Part shown: positions 61,166-64,000 of the stretch, one piece after another
Layout: each line of letters begins with the position of its first letter
Numbering within the stretch: the first letter of the stretch is position 1
From: an uncultured bacterium
GTDB taxonomy: Bacteria > Verrucomicrobiota > Verrucomicrobiia > Verrucomicrobiales > DEV007
Assembly: GCA_963977015.1 (NCBI GenBank)
Contig: CAXBMO010000021.1
Location: 32,001 to 96,000, forward strand
DNA length: 64,000 bases
Reading direction: 5' to 3'
Program-made: the position numbers and the translations under genes
The notes under the pieces: model-generated
The model's input: only the letters and a program-made list of their open reading frames with translations
Databases searched by the model: none
Told to the model about the DNA's origin: nothing

Positions 61166-61212
61166 ATTGGCCGGGCCCAAAACAGAAATCCAACCACGAA
61201 ACAATCACCCCC

Positions 61213-62346
61213 ATGAAACAAGCTGTTCCAACATCACCAACTCCCAAGACCTCGGAACCCGGCCTCACCCTGGTTATCCGAAGCGAGGATGACGGTGTGC
61301 TTCTCGCCCGGGAAGCGGTGCGTGAAGAAGACTTCACCGAAGCCAAGACCGAGGCGTTTCGCGAGCTGTTTCTTCGTCAAGGCATCCTCGAGGTTTCCCT
61401 TGCAGACCTTCCGGTTCGCCTCCGTGCAATCCCCGTCAAGGATGGCCCGCCAAATCGCTGCCGTGGTTACGCCTTTGAAAAAACCGTTTCAGCCGGTTCT
61501 GGAAAGAAGCGCACGGTTTTCACCATGAACAGCCTTGAGCGCGTCGCGACGCGGGTCGGTAATCGGCTCCTGGAATCCGGAGCGCTCGAGTCCGGCGAGG
61601 ATTTCGTCTTTGAACTGGAGTCCGGAGCCCCCACCGCTCAAGCCGCACCCGATCCCTTTGCGGATATACTCGGACCGACCATTCGAAAGTCAGAGATGCA
61701 CTTTCTCCAGGCCGAACTTTCTCCGCTTCTCCAGAACGCCCGGAGCGTGAACGAAGCGGATCCTGATGTCTTTCCGGTTTTCTATACTGAGGAAGCCGTT
61801 CAACAGGCTGAAGCCCATAGCCGCAAGGGTTCGCCGGCTGATCCGAATTACGAAAGCGGAGCCATCCTGGCCGGACCGATCTGCTCGTGTCCCGTTAGCG
61901 GAGAATTTTTCATCGTGGTATGCAAAGTCCAGGAAGTGACCGAGGCCGACCAAACCCTGGTCTCCTTGGAGTATTCCGGCGAAAGCTGGGCCCGGATTCA
62001 GAAGAACATCCGCAAAGAACAAACCGAGAACCCGGCCATCCGAATTCTTGGCCAGGCCCACGGCCACAACTTTCTGCCAAACAACGGCGAAACCTGCGCG
62101 GATTGCCCGACCAAACCGGTCTGCGATGTCGACAACCTGTTTGTCAGTTCCGACGACAAGAACTGGACCCGGGCGGTGTTCAGCCAACAACCCTGGCAGC
62201 TCTGCCACATCTTTGGCCTGACCGCCCGCAACGATAGAATCAACGCCCTCTTCAGCCTCCACGACGCACGGCTGATCCGCAGAGGTTATCACATCATTCC
62301 CGACTTTGACGCCACCGCCCACCCCACGATCTCCGTTCTCCAATAA
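61213..62346 (+). CDS. JAB/MPN+ (JAMM) metallo-isopeptidase with N-terminal extension and Cys insert
   Basis: YESGAILAG (catalytic Glu), RILGQAHGH (HxH) and SSDD (SxxD), followed by F.QPWQL..I. Confidence 0.8.
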   Translation: MKQAVPTSPTPKTSEPGLTLVIRSEDDGVLLAREAVREEDFTEAKTEAFRELFLRQGILEVSLADLPVRLRAIPVKDGPPNRCRGYAFEKTVSAGSGKKRTVFTMNSLERVATRVGNRLLESGALESGEDFVFELESGAPTAQAAPDPFADILGPTIRKSEMHFLQAELSPLLQNARSVNEADPDVFPVFYTEEAVQQAEAHSRKGSPADPNYESGAILAGPICSCPVSGEFFIVVCKVQEVTEADQTLVSLEYSGESWARIQKNIRKEQTENPAIRILGQAHGHNFLPNNGETCADCPTKPVCDVDNLFVSSDDKNWTRAVFSQQPWQLCHIFGLTARNDRINALFSLHDARLIRRGYHIIPDFDATAHPTISVLQ

Positions 62347-62389
62347 GCCCCCAAATTCAATCCCCCTAACTTGACCTCATTCACCGGCT

Positions 62390-64000
62390 ATGAAAGCTAA
62401 TCAACCCAAGGAAAAAGCGGACTCCGTCGCCACGATGCTGGCAGATCCTGAGTTCCCAGTCGAGGAACGCCGAAAGTTCCTCCAAATGATCGTGCAATCC
62501 AACGATGAGTCGGCTCTCAATGCCGTTATCGAAGGGCTCGAAGGAAAGAAAGGCGGCGACGTCTACGCGAAACGCATCAAGAAGCTCGAGGCGATCATGA
62601 AAGAGCTTGAAGAAGGCCCGCAACGCCCCGCGATGTTCATTGCCATGACCCCGGCAGCAGACGAAAGGATCCAATACGCCCAGGTGATGCTGGATGATGG
62701 CAATCAAGCCTACAGCGTCGTCCCCGACCCTGAGCTTGCCAAGTCGCTGAAACTTGGCGACCCCATTGTGATGGATGGTCGCGGTCGCGCAATATTGCGT
62801 CGAGGCGCCCACAACCTGGGGATTGGCGAAGAAGCGAAGTTGGAGCGCGTGATCGACGAACGCCGAGTCGAAGTCTCGATGCGCGGCCAGGAACGATTCG
62901 TCTTCTTTGCATCCTCGAAAATCGCGGATCAACTCAAGAACGACGAGCTCGAAGCAGGTTCGATGCTCGTCGTCAACCCACGCCAGTTCATGGTCTTTGA
63001 TTCGATCCCCAAAGTCGATGGGCTTTCCCACTTTCAATATCTGGAGCGGCGTCCGGTTTCCAAAGTCGTCGTCGACCGCGACATCGGAGATCCGCCACCC
63101 ATCATTGAGAAGATCACCCAGTTCGTTCGCGCGGAGATGATCGCCCCTGAAGTGCAGCGGCGTTATCAGTTGAACCGCTGCCTGACGACGCTTCTCGACG
63201 GCGTTCCCGGCTCCGGCAAGACCCTCGCGATCGCCGGAATCGAACGGAAGATCTACGAAGTGATGAGCGAAGTCACCGACGTTCCCATCGATGAACTCCC
63301 TCCCCGGGTCTTCCGCCTTCAGATGAGCCGAATCCTCAACATGTATCTCGGCGAAAGCGATCGAAACCTGGAACGCTTCTTCACGGAAGTCGAGCAGATG
63401 GCTGCGGAACCCTTTGTTTGTCCGGATGGACGCGAGATCCAGCTTCCCGTCATCGCGGTGCTGGAAGAGATCGACGGTCTGGCTCGTCATCGGGGTCAGG
63501 ATTCCATTCACGATCGAATCCTCACGACCGCCCTCCAGAACCTCGATACGGCCCGTCCTGAACTGAAGGAGAACCTCATCATTTACTTGGGCACAACGAA
63601 CGAGATTCAGCAGGTCGACGGTGCGTTTCTCCGCCGGATCGGCGCAACGGTCGAACGTTTTGGCCGACTGAAGCGCAGCGGCTTTGAAGCCGTGCTCGAA
63701 AAGCAGATTGATGGTTTGCCGATCATCCCGTTGAACGGCAGCCGCGATCCCAAGACGATCGAAAAGGCAACGATCAACGCGATCACCTCCTGGCTCTACT
63801 CGCCGAACGGATCGGACAAAGGCCTGGTTGAGCTCACGTTCACGGGTTCCTCCAATCCTGAGATTCGCTACCGTCGCGACTTCGTCACCGGTGCTCTGGT
63901 CAATCGTGCGGTTCAGCAGGCCAGCATCGAAGCCAGCCAGGCAGAACATCGCGGCACGGAAGAGTGCGGCATTTCCTGTGAACTTCTCGTTCGCGAGATC
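62390..64000 (+). CDS. ARC/Mpa-type proteasomal AAA+ ATPase (3'-truncated by the window, 537 codons visible)
   Basis: Hand translation: coiled coil (KRIKKLEAIMKELEEGP); two OB-like blocks (LKLGDPIV...GEEAKLERVID...LEAGSMLVV...FDSIP); Walker A GVPGSGKT; pore loop LNMYLGES; Walker B VIAVLEEID; GTTN...DGAFLRR; LVELTF...RYRRDFVTGA, matching the Mpa FLEVTY...YFKDFNSGA block from memory. Confidence 0.85.
   Translation, partial: MKANQPKEKADSVATMLADPEFPVEERRKFLQMIVQSNDESALNAVIEGLEGKKGGDVYAKRIKKLEAIMKELEEGPQRPAMFIAMTPAADERIQYAQVMLDDGNQAYSVVPDPELAKSLKLGDPIVMDGRGRAILRRGAHNLGIGEEAKLERVIDERRVEVSMRGQERFVFFASSKIADQLKNDELEAGSMLVVNPRQFMVFDSIPKVDGLSHFQYLERRPVSKVVVDRDIGDPPPIIEKITQFVRAEMIAPEVQRRYQLNRCLTTLLDGVPGSGKTLAIAGIERKIYEVMSEVTDVPIDELPPRVFRLQMSRILNMYLGESDRNLERFFTEVEQMAAEPFVCPDGREIQLPVIAVLEEIDGLARHRGQDSIHDRILTTALQNLDTARPELKENLIIYLGTTNEIQQVDGAFLRRIGATVERFGRLKRSGFEAVLEKQIDGLPIIPLNGSRDPKTIEKATINAITSWLYSPNGSDKGLVELTFTGSSNPEIRYRRDFVTGALVNRAVQQASIEASQAEHRGTEECGISCELLVREI

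Noticed and set aside
52093-62346. Type II CBASS (Cap2/Cap3)
   Set aside because: No CD-NTase or CBASS effector is visible, E1 and E2 are separate genes, and a free Ubl is present.
62381-63949. 522-aa minus-strand ORF in the track
   Set aside because: Antisense shadow of the plus-strand AAA+ ATPase, which carries all the recognisable motifs.

Overview
Bacterial chromosomal window, most likely from the PVC superphylum (probably Verrucomicrobiota). The evidence is DUF1549/DUF1553 and DUF1501 genes, a double-length UvrA, sulfatases and a PVC-type propeller dehydrogenase. Positions 1-49.5 kb are mostly housekeeping and typical PVC accessory genes: hybrid histidine kinase, phoX/phoB/phoR-like genes, uvrA, an ECF sigma/FecR locus, type III PKS, aroK, queG, tsaC, murJ, rex, yaaA and gap-arsJ. 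The main signal lies at 49.5-64 kb, where an apparent ubiquitin-like conjugation and protein-unfolding system is split into two operons. Operon A is FHA-like/RING E3, E1 and E2 (52093-54520). Operon B is a YbjN-like protein, a ubiquitin-like protein ending in Gly, a JAB/MPN+ isopeptidase and an ARC/Mpa-type proteasomal AAA+ ATPase (59875 to the window end). The ATPase is missing from the supplied ORF track and was translated by hand. Both operons are preceded by the same motif, CCTCGCTCACAAA-N13-TGTG. A SorC-like regulator and a winged-helix regulator sit upstream of operon A. All assignments come from reading motifs by eye; no database searches were run. No tRNA, rRNA, CRISPR array or transposase was seen.
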